Part shown: positions 40,156-50,255 of the stretch, piece after piece | How positions within the stretch are numbered: position 1 is the stretch's first letter | How the letters are laid out: each line of letters opens with the position of its first letter | From: Dehalococcoidia bacterium | GTDB lineage: Bacteria > Chloroflexota > Dehalococcoidia > UBA2979 | Direction of reading: 5' to 3' | Assembly (NCBI GenBank): GCA_963667465.2 | Contig: CAXXDN010000002.1 | Span: 960,001-1,024,000 of the forward strand | Length of the DNA: 64,000 nucleotides | Notes under the pieces: generated by a model | What the model was told of the DNA's origin: nothing | What the model saw: only the letters and a program-made list of their open reading frames with translations | Database searches by the model: none | Translations under genes and position numbers: made by a program

Positions 40156-41183
40156 GCGTTCACCGCCTCGCCCAACCGCACGCGGGGGTCGATGAAGGTG
40201 TAGCTGATCTCGATGATCAGGTTGGCGATCAGGAACGCGGTCGCGATGATCACCGTGATCGCGAGGATCACGTCGTAGTCACGGCTCTGCACCGCCTCGA
40301 TCGAGAAGCGACCGATCCCCGGGATGCCAAGCAGCGTCTCGGTGAAGAACGCCCCCTCGAGGATCCCGACCAGCGCGAAGCCGATCACCGTGACGACCGG
40401 GAGCAGCGAGTTGGGCAGAACGTGCCGCAACGCAACTGCCGCCTCCGTGATCCCCTTCGCGCGCGCGGTGCGCACGTAGTCCTCGGTGAGCACCTCGAGG
40501 GCAGTGATCCGCACGAGGCGCGCGACGCCGGCGATGCCGCCGATCGAGAGCACGAAGACGGGCATGTAGAGGTGCGGATCGGGGATCGGCACGGCGATCA
40601 CGCCGCCGATCCACCAGACGTCGAAGATGCCCGCGAAGCCGTCGCCCCCCCAGCCGCCGGCCGGCAGGATGTCGAGCTGCAGGGCGAACAGCCACAGCAG
40701 CGGCGGGATGATCACCAGCACCGGCAGTGCCGTCAGGAAGAGCAGGCTGGTGATCACGAAGGGATCGATCCAGGTGCCGCTGAAACGCGCCGCGAGCAGC
40801 CCGAGCGGGATGCCCGTCCCGAACACCACGACCAGCGCGAGAAGGCCGAGCTGCGCCGAGATCAGCATGCGCTTGCGGATCAGCTCGTTGACCGTGAAGC
40901 CGCGCTGGATGAACGACTCGCCGAAGTCGCCGCGGATCGAGCCGCCGCCGCTACCACCCGGGTAGAGGTCGCCGAACAGCCAGCGGCCGTACTGCTCGAA
41001 GATCGAGCCATCGAGGCCGCGCTCGGCACGGATGCGCTCGAGCACCTCGGGGTCGCGGTACTGCCCGGCGGCCACGCTCACCGGATCGCCCGGACCGAAG
41101 CGGGCGATCGAGAAGGTCGCGAACGAGACCACGAACAGCACGACCGGCAGCCAGAGCAGGCGGCGGATGATGTACGCAGCCAT
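40152..41183 (-). CDS. Oligopeptide/nickel ABC transporter permease (OppB-like)
   Basis: YIIRRL, PGDP, GDFGES, DYVRTARAKG, RDY, DPR. Confidence 0.93.
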   Translation of the reverse strand: MAAYIIRRLLWLPVVLFVVSFATFSIARFGPGDPVSVAAGQYRDPEVLERIRAERGLDGSIFEQYGRWLFGDLYPGGSGGGSIRGDFGESFIQRGFTVNELIRKRMLISAQLGLLALVVVFGTGIPLGLLAARFSGTWIDPFVITSLLFLTALPVLVIIPPLLWLFALQLDILPAGGWGGDGFAGIFDVWWIGGVIAVPIPDPHLYMPVFVLSIGGIAGVARLVRITALEVLTEDYVRTARAKGITEAAVALRHVLPNSLLPVVTVIGFALVGILEGAFFTETLLGIPGIGRFSIEAVQSRDYDVILAITVIIATAFLIANLIIEISYTFIDPRVRLGEAVNA

Positions 41184-41204
41184 CGCCGGCCGCCTCCGTT
41201 CCGG

Positions 41205-42929
41205 CTAGCGGTTCACGATGATGTGGCGCAGCCGCGGGATCACCATCGGCGGCTCGAACCAGCCCTCGACGGCTGCGTTCACCACGACGTGCACGCGGGA
41301 GAAGTAGAGCGGCAGCCAGGCCGCGTCCTCCACGATCACGCGTTCCGCCTCCTGGTAGAGCGCGAGCCGCGCCGCGGTGTCCTGCTCCGTGCGGGCGCGA
41401 TCGAGGATCGCGTCGACCTCGGCGTTGGAGTAGCCGACGTCGTTCAACTCGGACTCGGAGTGGAACTTCAGATCGAGGATGTCCTCGGGGTCCGGGTAGT
41501 CCATGATCCAGCCGGCGTTGAACATCTGCAGCCGGCCGGAGTCCTGGTCCTCCAGGAACGTCGCGAAGTCGGTCTGCTGGATGCGCACCTCGATGCCGAG
41601 TTCCTCGCGCCACTGCTCGATGAAGGCCTGCGTGTCGATCCGCGCCTCGGCGCCGCCGCCGACCTCGGTGATGACGATCGGCGGGAGCTCCTCGGCGGAC
41701 CCGTACTTCGACTCCGCCAGCAGCCGGCGCGCCTCGTCCGGGTCGAACTGGAAGGTCTTGTCCTGCGGGGTGTAGCCCGGCAGCTGCGGCATGAGGATGC
41801 CGGTGGCCGGCGCGATCATGTTCTTGAACGTCACCTCGGCGATCAGCTTGCGGTCGATCGAGAGCCCGAGGGCGCGGCGCACGTTCACGTCGTCGAACGG
41901 CGGCACCTGCGTGTTGAACGCCAGGTACGAGATCGTGAACTGGCTGAACTCCTGGTAGAGCGGCCCGATGTCGCTGTCCGGATCGCGCGCCCGATCGATG
42001 TCGTTCACGGAGATAAAGGCAATGTCCAGTTCGCCGTTCTCGAAGCGCGTCAGCGTCGATCCGCCGGCCAGCTCGTAGAGCACCTCGCGCACCGACGGCT
42101 CGCCGAAGTGGAAGCGCGGGTTGGCGCGCAGCACGATCCGCTCGCCGATGCGCCACTCCTGCAGCCGGTACGGGCCGGTGCCGATCGGGCGGCGCGTCCA
42201 GCCGCGCGGGTTGCTCTCGATCTGCTGCTGATCGACGACGAAGGCCGTCGGATACGTGAGCTTCGCGAGGAAGTAGGGCTTCGGCTCGTCGATCGTGAAG
42301 CGAACGGTCCGATCGTCGATCACCTCGATGCCTTCGATCGTCTCCGCAAGCCCGTAGAAGTGCTCGCGCACGCCGATGATGTCGCCGAGGTAGGCGAGCG
42401 CAGTGGGCGAGGCAAGCTCCGGCGAGGCGGCGCGCTGGATCGACCAGCGCACGTCCTCTGCATTCACGCGGCGGCCGTTGTGGAAGAGGATGTCGTCGCG
42501 CAGCGTGAACGTGTATTGCAGCCCGTCCGGGCTGATCTCGACCGACTCGGCGAGGTCGAGCTCGATGCTCAGATCGGGCGAGAGCGTAACGAGGCCGTTG
42601 AACACCTCGACGATGTACTCGGCCGAGCCGGAGTCGCCGGCGATGTGCGGGTCGAGGGTGACCGGGTCGCTGCCCGGGAGGCGCAGCCGGCCCGCTGCGC
42701 TCGCGGCGCCTCCGCCGCTGTCACCGCCATCGCCGCTGTCCCCGGCGGCTCCGTCGTCGCTACCCGCACCTCCGGTATCGGTGGTGATCCCGGCAGCGGC
42801 GGTGGGCTCGGCGGCGCCGTCGTCGTCACCTCCGCCAAGCAAGAGCGCGGCGGAGAGTCCGCCGATGATCAACACGAGGGCCGCGAGGACCCCGAGCATG
42901 ATGACGATGATGCGGTTCTGTCCGCCCAC
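41205..42929 (-). CDS. Peptide ABC transporter substrate-binding protein (OppA-like), N-terminally anchored
   Basis: TLDPH, YTFTLR, FHNG, GTGPY, VRRAL, GWIMDYPDP. Confidence 0.93.
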   Translation of the reverse strand: MGGQNRIIVIMLGVLAALVLIIGGLSAALLLGGGDDDGAAEPTAAAGITTDTGGAGSDDGAAGDSGDGGDSGGGAASAAGRLRLPGSDPVTLDPHIAGDSGSAEYIVEVFNGLVTLSPDLSIELDLAESVEISPDGLQYTFTLRDDILFHNGRRVNAEDVRWSIQRAASPELASPTALAYLGDIIGVREHFYGLAETIEGIEVIDDRTVRFTIDEPKPYFLAKLTYPTAFVVDQQQIESNPRGWTRRPIGTGPYRLQEWRIGERIVLRANPRFHFGEPSVREVLYELAGGSTLTRFENGELDIAFISVNDIDRARDPDSDIGPLYQEFSQFTISYLAFNTQVPPFDDVNVRRALGLSIDRKLIAEVTFKNMIAPATGILMPQLPGYTPQDKTFQFDPDEARRLLAESKYGSAEELPPIVITEVGGGAEARIDTQAFIEQWREELGIEVRIQQTDFATFLEDQDSGRLQMFNAGWIMDYPDPEDILDLKFHSESELNDVGYSNAEVDAILDRARTEQDTAARLALYQEAERVIVEDAAWLPLYFSRVHVVVNAAVEGWFEPPMVIPRLRHIIVNR

Positions 42930-42988
42930 GGAGCCCTCCGCCCGCTTGCGACCCGCTCATCGTCGTCGCGATAGCGAGTCTCAGGGGA

Positions 42989-44821
42989 TCATACGTCAGT
43001 GGCGCCGCCCAACGCTTGCGCCTCCGGTGTCAGGGCGACGTGCACATCGGTGAGTTGCTGCGCCTCGACCGTGCTCGGCGCACCGGTCAGCGGATCCGAG
43101 GCCGTCTTCGTCTTCGGGAAGGCGATCACCTCGCGAATGTCCCGCTCGCCCGCGAGCAACGCCGCCGTGCGGTCGATGCCGAGCGCGATGCCCCCGTGGG
43201 GCGGCGCGCCGAAGGTGAACGCCTGAAGCATGTGGCCGAAGCGCTCCTCCGCCTCCGCCTCGTCCAGGTCGAGGGCGCGCAGCACGCGCATGAGCCGCTC
43301 GCGGCGGTGGATCCGGATCGACCCCGATCCGATCTCCTGGCCGTTGCACACCAGGTCGTAGGCGCGTGAGCGGACGCCGCCGGGATCCGTCTCCAGCAGC
43401 TCGTCGTCCTCCTCGTAGGGTGAGGTGAAGAGATGATGGACGGCGCTCCAGCGCGTATCCGCGGCGTCGCGCTCGAACATCGGGAAGTCCGTGATCAGCG
43501 CGAAGGCGAGGACGTTCGGGTCGGCGAGCTCGCGCTGCTCGGCGACGTGGCGCAGCAGCCCGTCCAGCACCCGCGAGGTCACCGCGTCGCGGTCGGCGAC
43601 GATCAGCAGCATGTCGCCGCGGCGCGCGCCACAGGTCGCGCCGAGCGCGGCCAGCGTCTCGCCGTCGATGAAGCGCTTCGCCGGCGAGCGTGTCTGCTCG
43701 TGCAGCTCCTCAGGCGACACGCTGTCGAGGTCGCCCTCGCCGTCGAAGGCGATCCAGATCAGGCCTCCGGCGCCCAGCTCCTGGGCGAGCTCGACCAGCG
43801 CGTCCGCCCCCCGGCGCGGCGTATCGGCGCCGCCGGGGACGGCGAAGCCGCGCACGCGCCCACCGCCGGCGATCGTGTTGCGGAAGACGCCGAACTCCGA
43901 GTCCGCGACGAGCGCGCTGAGGTCGCGGAGTTCGATGCCGATGCGGAGGTCCGGCTTGTCGGAACCGTAGCGCTCCATCGCCTCGGTCCAGGTCATGCGG
44001 GGGAACGGCGTCGGCGTCCGGAAGTGACTGCCCTCGGTGAGCGCCAGCTCGCTGTAGAGGCCCTCGATCAGGTCGAGCACGTCGTCCTGCTCGACGAACG
44101 CCAGCTCGAGGTCGAGCTGGGTGAACTCGGGCTGGCGGTCGGCGCGCAGATCCTCGTCGCGGTAGCAGCGTGCGATCTGGAAGTAGCGCTCCTGTCCGGC
44201 CACCACCAGCAGCTGCTTCCACTGCTGCGGAGACTGTGGCAGCGCGTAGAAGCGGCCGGGGTGGACGCGGCTGGGCACCAGGTAGTCGCGCGCGCCCTCG
44301 GGAGTCGCGAGGCCCAGCACCGGCGTCTCGATCTCGACGAAATCGCGGTCGCCGAGGTAGTTGCGGATGAAGCGCACCACGCGATGGCGCAGCACGATGT
44401 TGGCGGCCATGCGCTCGCGGCGCAGGTCCAGGTAGCGGTAGCGCAGGCGCGTCGCCTCGTCGACCGGCGTGTCCTGGTTGATCGGGAAGGGCGGCGTCTC
44501 CGCCTCGTTGAGCACCCGCGCCTCGCGCACCGCGACCTCGACGCCACCGGTCGCCAGCTCCGGGTTCACCGTCTCCGCCGTGCGCTCGACGACCCGGCCG
44601 GCGATCTGCACGACGTACTCGCTGCGTAGCGCGGAGGCGACCGCGAAGGCATCGGGCGCGTCCTCGGGGTGGAAGACGGCCTGCACGATGCCGCTGAAGT
44701 CGCGCAGGTCGATGAAGACGAGCCCGCCGTGGTCGCGCCGGCGGTGGACCCAGCCCGCGAGGACCACGTCCTGGCCGGCGTGCCCCGGGCGGAGTAGCCC
44801 TGCTTCGAAGTCGCGCAGCAT
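42989..44821 (-). CDS. aspS: Aspartate--tRNA ligase, probably non-discriminating
   Basis: GWVHRRRDHGG, RYRYLDLR, ALPQSPQ, RDEDLRADRQPEFTQ, PPHGGIALGIDR. His in RDHGG plus gatB in the window suggests the Asp/Asn type. Confidence 0.97.
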   Translation of the reverse strand: MLRDFEAGLLRPGHAGQDVVLAGWVHRRRDHGGLVFIDLRDFSGIVQAVFHPEDAPDAFAVASALRSEYVVQIAGRVVERTAETVNPELATGGVEVAVREARVLNEAETPPFPINQDTPVDEATRLRYRYLDLRRERMAANIVLRHRVVRFIRNYLGDRDFVEIETPVLGLATPEGARDYLVPSRVHPGRFYALPQSPQQWKQLLVVAGQERYFQIARCYRDEDLRADRQPEFTQLDLELAFVEQDDVLDLIEGLYSELALTEGSHFRTPTPFPRMTWTEAMERYGSDKPDLRIGIELRDLSALVADSEFGVFRNTIAGGGRVRGFAVPGGADTPRRGADALVELAQELGAGGLIWIAFDGEGDLDSVSPEELHEQTRSPAKRFIDGETLAALGATCGARRGDMLLIVADRDAVTSRVLDGLLRHVAEQRELADPNVLAFALITDFPMFERDAADTRWSAVHHLFTSPYEEDDELLETDPGGVRSRAYDLVCNGQEIGSGSIRIHRRERLMRVLRALDLDEAEAEERFGHMLQAFTFGAPPHGGIALGIDRTAALLAGERDIREVIAFPKTKTASDPLTGAPSTVEAQQLTDVHVALTPEAQALGGATDV

Positions 44822-44954
44822 CGTTTGTCGAGTCTCGCACGGGGGCCGGGGGCGGGCCAGCGTGCGAGCCGCCTCGTTGCCCGCGTTCCCCACACCTCGC
44901 CGCGCCTGTACGCTGACCGCGAGGCGCCGGGGGCGCCGGAGACCGGGTCGAGGC

Positions 44955-46160
44955 ATGACGCAGGCGCTCTCGCTCTATCTGCACATCCCGTTCTGCACCG
45001 CGAAGTGCGGCTACTGCGACTTCAACTCCTACGAGGGCCTCGACCACCTCGTGCCGGACTACACGCCCGCGCTGGTGCGCGAACTCGGCCTTTGGGCGCC
45101 CGCCGCCCGCGAGTTCGAGGTGCGCACGATCTTCTTCGGCGGCGGCACGCCCAGCCTCAGTTCGCTCGACGACATGCGCACGCTCGCGGACGCGATCCGC
45201 GAGCGCTACGCCATCGCCCCGGATGCGGAGTGGACGATCGAGGCGAACCCGACCGACCTGAGCCGCGAGCACCTCGAGGGCTTGCGCGAGATGGGCTTCA
45301 ACCGGCTCTCGATCGGCATCCAGTCGCTGCACGCTGACGAGCTCGAGTTGCTCGATCGCGAGCACTCGGGCGAGCGTGCCCTCGACGCGCTGCGCGACGC
45401 CCGCGCGGCGGGCTTCGAGAACGTCAACGCGGACCTGATCTTCGGGCTGATCAAGCAGCCACTGAGCCGCTGGCAGGAGACGCTCGAGGGCATCCTCGCC
45501 GTTCGGCCTGAGCACATCTCCTGCTACGCCCTCACCATCGAGCCAGGGACGGCCCTCTACTACCGTGTACAGAAGGGCCAGCTGCCGGAGCCCGACCCGG
45601 ACGTGGTCGCAGACCAGTACGAATGGACGCGCGACCGCCTCGCCGGCGAGGGCTACCGGCAGTACGAGATCTCGAATTGGGCGCGACCCGGCCTGGCCTG
45701 CCGTCACAACCTCGTCTACTGGCGCGCGCAGCCCTACCTCGGCATCGGCGCGGGCGCGCACTCCTTCTTCGCCGGGCAGCGCCTCGCCAACGTCGACTCG
45801 CCCGCCCGCTACGTCGAGCTCGTCAACGCCTCGCACGAGGAGCGCGAGCGGGACGGGCGCGGCGCGCTGCAGCAGATCGCCGGCGGCGAGACGCCGGACG
45901 CGGCAACGCTGTGGGCGGACGCGCTGATCCTCGGGCTGCGGTTACTCGAGGGCGTCGACGCCGCCGAGTTCGCCTCGCGCTTCGGCGTCTCGCTACGCGA
46001 GGCGTTCGGCCCGGCGATTGAGCGGCACACCTCGATCGGACTGCTCGAATGGTCGGGCGACCGGCTGCGCCTCAGCGAGCGCGGCCTGCTGCTGGCGAAC
46101 GAGGTCTTCGTCGACCTGCTGCCGGAGTCGGAGGCCGCAGCCGCCGTCGCGCCCGGCTAA
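44955..46160 (+). CDS. hemW: Radical SAM heme chaperone HemW
   Basis: LYLHIPFCTAKCGYCDF, GGGTP, YEISN, HNLVYW (HemW signature). Confidence 0.93.
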   Translation: MTQALSLYLHIPFCTAKCGYCDFNSYEGLDHLVPDYTPALVRELGLWAPAAREFEVRTIFFGGGTPSLSSLDDMRTLADAIRERYAIAPDAEWTIEANPTDLSREHLEGLREMGFNRLSIGIQSLHADELELLDREHSGERALDALRDARAAGFENVNADLIFGLIKQPLSRWQETLEGILAVRPEHISCYALTIEPGTALYYRVQKGQLPEPDPDVVADQYEWTRDRLAGEGYRQYEISNWARPGLACRHNLVYWRAQPYLGIGAGAHSFFAGQRLANVDSPARYVELVNASHEERERDGRGALQQIAGGETPDAATLWADALILGLRLLEGVDAAEFASRFGVSLREAFGPAIERHTSIGLLEWSGDRLRLSERGLLLANEVFVDLLPESEAAAAVAPG

Positions 46161-46175
46161 CGGCGGCCACCGCGC

Positions 46176-46457
46176 ATGGCGATCGATGTCTACCGCTGCT
46201 CGCACTGCGGCCGCGAGGTGCTGGTACGCCCACCGGGCCCGATCAGCCGCGCGGAGGCCGCGCGCCGCGTGGACGAGGAGTTGCGCGCCGCGGCCAGCGG
46301 CCCGCGCGGCCGCCTCAGCCCGCACTTCCGCCTGCGCGACGACATCTGGGTCGGTGTCTCGCAGCTGCGCGGCGAGGTGCCGCGCCGCGAGCTGCCCGCG
46401 TGCTGCCCCGCCTGCTCCCGCGACGGAACACTCGAGGAATCCCGAACGATCGAGTAG
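46176..46457 (+). CDS. Small zinc-ribbon-like hypothetical protein
   Basis: CSHC near the N-terminus and CPAC near the C-terminus; starts 15 nt after the hemW stop. Confidence 0.65.
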   Translation: MAIDVYRCSHCGREVLVRPPGPISRAEAARRVDEELRAAASGPRGRLSPHFRLRDDIWVGVSQLRGEVPRRELPACCPACSRDGTLEESRTIE

Positions 46458-46467
46458 TCGCGACGCC

Positions 46468-47508
46468 TCAGTTGAGGCCGGCGGCCGAGCGTGCGGCTGC
46501 AATCACCGCATCGATCTCGCTCAAAAGCTCCGGCCGGCCCGCTCCCTGCTCAGGGTCCGGCGTCGGCTCGTCGCCGAGCAGCAGCTCGCAGAGCGCCTGC
46601 GCGCAGCAGGCCAGCGCGTGCTCGTCGTAGCCGCCCTCGAGGATGGCGACGAGGCGGCCCTCGCAGAGCCGCTCGGCCGCCTCGAGGATCAGCTTTGCGA
46701 CCGCTGTGTAGCCCTCGGTCGAGACGGCAAGCGCGCCGAGCGGGTCGCGCGCGTGCGAGTCCCAGCCGCAGGACACGAGCACGAGTTGCGGCTGGAAGGC
46801 CTCGAGGGCAGGCACTGCTACCCGCTGGTACGCGGCGCGGAACGCTCGATCGCCCGCGCCGTGCGGCAGCGGGATGTTGATCTTCGTGCCGGCGGCATCG
46901 CCAAGCCCGTGCTCGGCGACCGCGCCCGTGCCGGGGTAGTAGGGGTAGGCGTGCGTGCTCACGTAGAGCACGCGCGGGTCGGCATCGAAGATCGCCTGCG
47001 TCCCGTTGCCGTGGTGGAGGTCCCAGTCGACGACCGCGACCCGCTCGAGGCCCCTCGCGAGGGCGTCCGCGGCGGCGATGGCGACCTGGTTGTAGAGGCA
47101 GAACCCCATCGAACGATCGCGCGTCGCGTGGTGCCCGGGCGGCCGTGCCGCGACGAAGGCGCTCCGCGCCGAACCAGCGACGACAGCCCCGGTCGCCGCG
47201 AGGGCAGCCCCGGCGGCTCGCCGCGCCGCCGCCGGCGAGTACTCCCCGACGAACGTGTCGGCGTCGATCCAGCCGCCGCCGGCGGCGTGCTGCGCCTCGA
47301 CGGTGTCGAGCACTCGGCGGTCGTGGACCGCGAGCAGCTCCTCGTCAGTCGCGTCGCGCCCCGGCAGGCGCTTCATACGCGCGAGCAGGCCCGTCGTCTC
47401 GAGGCGCTCGAGGATCGCGGCGAGCCGCGCCGGGCGCTCGGGGTGCGGGGCGCCGCCGGGGGGCTGGTGGGAGAGATAGAGCGCGTCGGTGCTGAAGGCG
47501 ACGGTCAC
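46468..47508 (-). CDS. Zn-dependent histone deacetylase family protein
   Basis: HPERPARL, RPPGHHA, GFC, DWDLHHGNGTQ, YPGTG, GWDSH..DPL, LEGGY. Confidence 0.95.
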   Translation of the reverse strand: MTVAFSTDALYLSHQPPGGAPHPERPARLAAILERLETTGLLARMKRLPGRDATDEELLAVHDRRVLDTVEAQHAAGGGWIDADTFVGEYSPAAARRAAGAALAATGAVVAGSARSAFVAARPPGHHATRDRSMGFCLYNQVAIAAADALARGLERVAVVDWDLHHGNGTQAIFDADPRVLYVSTHAYPYYPGTGAVAEHGLGDAAGTKINIPLPHGAGDRAFRAAYQRVAVPALEAFQPQLVLVSCGWDSHARDPLGALAVSTEGYTAVAKLILEAAERLCEGRLVAILEGGYDEHALACCAQALCELLLGDEPTPDPEQGAGRPELLSEIDAVIAAARSAAGLN

Positions 47509-48278
47509 CGCGGATCGTCGTCGAACTCCTCGGTGTCGTCGGGCTCGTCCGGTTCGTCCGGCTCGTCCGGTTCGTCCGGTTCGTCCGGTTCGTCCGCCTC
47601 ATCCGGGTCGCCCAGGTCGCCCAGGTCGCGCGGCTCGTCCGCCTCGTCCGGGTCGCCCAGGTCGTCGAGCTCGTCCGGTTCGTCCATGTCGCCCGCGTCG
47701 TCGGGCTCATCGGGCTCGTCCAGCTCGTCCGCGTCCTCGGTGAGTGGGAGACGAATGGCCGCGGTCGGGAACTCGGGATTGTTCGGGTTCTCGACCTGGT
47801 AGACGTCTACGATCCCGCTGTCGACCATCAGGTCCATCAGGGAGCGCAGCTCCCCCTGCCTGATCTCACCGACGACCTGTGGTAGCAGCTGGTCCCGGTA
47901 GTACTTCAGTCCGACGAACGGGAGACTCGACTCCAGCGACTCGATCTGGTCAGCGATGTCCTCCTGGTGGCGAACAAGTAACCCGCGGAGGTCCGCACGC
48001 GGCTCCACGCGCCGGGGCGGCTCCTCGCTCGCCCACCCGCGTCGAGGCGGCTCGTCGCCTGTCCAGCCGCGCCGGGGTGGCCCGTCCTCCACGAACGCGC
48101 GCCGGGGTGGCTCGTCTCTCTCCAGTTCGCGGCGCGACGGCAGGTCATCGTCGGGCTCGCCTTCGAGCCTCGCCAGCGCCTCGATCGCGTCTTCGAGCTG
48201 CGCGATGCGGGCGTCCAGCCGGTCGCGTTCCTCGAACGCTTCCACCAGCTCCTGACGGAGAGAGTCGATCGAAACCAT
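47505..48278 (-). CDS. Hypothetical protein with coiled coil, 10-aa repeats and acidic (DEP)n tail
   Basis: Open frame from ATG 48278 after an AT-rich upstream region; stop overlaps the HDAC start (GTGA). Confidence 0.8.
   Translation of the reverse strand: MVSIDSLRQELVEAFEERDRLDARIAQLEDAIEALARLEGEPDDDLPSRRELERDEPPRRAFVEDGPPRRGWTGDEPPRRGWASEEPPRRVEPRADLRGLLVRHQEDIADQIESLESSLPFVGLKYYRDQLLPQVVGEIRQGELRSLMDLMVDSGIVDVYQVENPNNPEFPTAAIRLPLTEDADELDEPDEPDDAGDMDEPDELDDLGDPDEADEPRDLGDLGDPDEADEPDEPDEPDEPDEPDEPDDTEEFDDDPR
47536..47730. repeat. 9-bp tandem coding repeat (tcgtccggy) encoding Asp-Glu-Pro
   Basis: Near-perfect run at about 47545-47595 and degenerate copies up to about 47730. Confidence 0.85.
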
Positions 48279-48392
48279 AGAGTCAACTCCAATGTTTATG
48301 TCGATTCTCTACTCTACTCAGGCTGGCCGTTCGCCACACGGATGTCAAGGACCAAGGGCGATTCTGCGCCCGCGTCCCGGTAGACTCCGGCC

Positions 48393-50237
48393 ATGTACGT
48401 CATCGGTACCGCCGGGCATGTCGACCACGGAAAGTCCGCCCTCGTGGAGGCCCTGACGGGCATCCACCCGGACCGCTTGCGCGAGGAGCGTGAGCGCGGC
48501 CTCACCATCGAGCTCGGCTTCGCCTGGCTGACGCTCCCCTCCGGGCGCGAGGTCTCGATCGTCGACGTGCCGGGGCACGTCCGCTTCGTCCGTCACATGC
48601 TCGCCGGCGTCGGCGCAATCGACCTCGCCCTGCTGGTCGTCGCCGCCGACGAGGGCGTGATGCCGCAGACGCGGGAGCACCTCGAGATTCTCGACCTGCT
48701 GGAGCTGCGGCGCGGCGTCATCGCGCTCACCAAGCTCGATCTTGTCGAGGAGGAGGAGTGGGCGGAGCTGGTCGAGGAGGAGCTGCGCGAGCTGCTCGCC
48801 GGCACGTCGCTCGCGGGATCGCCGATCGTGCGCACGTCCGCTGCCAGCGGCGCCGGCCTCGAGGAGCTGCGAGCCGCCCTGGACGAGGCGCTGGCGGCCA
48901 GCCCCGAGCCGCGCGACGTAGGCAGGCCGCGCTTCGGCATCGACCGTGTGTTCACGATGCCCGGCTTCGGCACGGTCGTGACCGGCACGCTGCTCGACGG
49001 GCGGCTGCGCACGGGCGAGCCCGTCGAGGCAGTGCCCGGTGGCCCGGAGGCGCGGATCCGGGGCTTGCAGACGCACCAGGAGACGATCGAGGAAGCGCTG
49101 CCCGGCACCCGCGTCGCGATCAACCTCGCCGGCGTCGGCACCGACCAGTTGAGCCGCGGGCAGGTGCTCGCGCGTCCCGGCGAGCTGCGCCCCGCGACGA
49201 CGATCGAGGTGCGCGTGCGCGCCCTCGCGCGGCGCGCGCTGAGGCACAACCTGCGCGTGACCGTGCACCTCGGCGCCGCCGAGACGCAGGGCCGGCTGCG
49301 CGTCCTCGGAGCCGACGAGGTACCACCCGGCGCCGAGGGCTGGTGCCAGATCCAGCTCGCACCCGCCCTCGCTGCCTCGCCGGGCGACCGCTTCGTGCTG
49401 CGCGTCTCCGACCAGACGGTCGGCGGTGGCCGCGTGCTCGAGGTCAACAGCGGCCGCCGCCGCCGCACCGACCCGGCGGTCGTGGAGCGGCTGCGGCGCC
49501 TCGCCGAGGGCTCGCCCGAGGGCGAGACGCTGGCCGCGCTCGAAGGCGTCGAGCCGGCGACGCTCGCGCGGCTCGCCGCAATCGGCGACCTGGACAACGA
49601 GGCCCTCGCGGGCGCAATCGAGGCACTGATCGCCGGCGGCGACGCGGTCGCGCTCGAGCACCCGGACGGGACGCCGCGCTACGTCAGCGCGGCCGGCCTC
49701 GAGCGCCTGCGCACGCGCATCGCACGCGCGCTCGATGACTACGAGCGCGCGCATCCGCTGCGGCTCGCCATGCCCGCCGGCGAGCTGCGCGCGCGCGTCC
49801 GCCTGGAGCCCGACGCGCTGGCGGCGCTGCTCGGTGCGCTCGCCCCGCAGATCGAGACGCGTGGCGCGGGGGTCGCGCGGGCAGACTGGTCGCCGCAACC
49901 GACGGCGGCGCAGCGGCGTACTGCGGACGAGGCAATCGCCACCCTCGGCGCTGCGGGCCTCAGCCCGCCCCGCAGCGACCTCGATCCCGAGCTGCTCGGC
50001 TACCTCGGCGCCACGGGGCACGTGGTCGACTGCGGCGACGGCGTCGTCTTCGCGGCGGGGCGCTTCGCCGAGGCGCGCGAGGCGATCGTCGCGCTCATCA
50101 CCAGCGAAGGCAGCGTGACGCTCGCCGGCGCACGGGACGCTCTCGGCACCAACCGGCGCACCGCGCAGGCGCTGCTCGAACGCCTCGATCGCGAGGGCGT
50201 GACGACGCGCCGGGGTGACGAGCGTGTGCTTCGGTAG
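48393..50237 (+). CDS. selB: Selenocysteine-specific elongation factor SelB
   Basis: GTAGHVDHGKS, DRLREERERGLTIELGFA, DVPGH, TKLD, C-terminal winged helix (RDALGTNRR...LE.LD..G.T.R.GD.R). Confidence 0.95.
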   Translation: MYVIGTAGHVDHGKSALVEALTGIHPDRLREERERGLTIELGFAWLTLPSGREVSIVDVPGHVRFVRHMLAGVGAIDLALLVVAADEGVMPQTREHLEILDLLELRRGVIALTKLDLVEEEEWAELVEEELRELLAGTSLAGSPIVRTSAASGAGLEELRAALDEALAASPEPRDVGRPRFGIDRVFTMPGFGTVVTGTLLDGRLRTGEPVEAVPGGPEARIRGLQTHQETIEEALPGTRVAINLAGVGTDQLSRGQVLARPGELRPATTIEVRVRALARRALRHNLRVTVHLGAAETQGRLRVLGADEVPPGAEGWCQIQLAPALAASPGDRFVLRVSDQTVGGGRVLEVNSGRRRRTDPAVVERLRRLAEGSPEGETLAALEGVEPATLARLAAIGDLDNEALAGAIEALIAGGDAVALEHPDGTPRYVSAAGLERLRTRIARALDDYERAHPLRLAMPAGELRARVRLEPDALAALLGALAPQIETRGAGVARADWSPQPTAAQRRTADEAIATLGAAGLSPPRSDLDPELLGYLGATGHVVDCGDGVVFAAGRFAEAREAIVALITSEGSVTLAGARDALGTNRRTAQALLERLDREGVTTRRGDERVLR

Positions 50238-50255
50238 TCGCGCTGCCGAAGGCAG

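Noticed and set aside
39190-42929. Opp transporter lacking ATPase genes as a novel system
   Set aside because: Orphan oppABC clusters that share ATPases encoded elsewhere are common.
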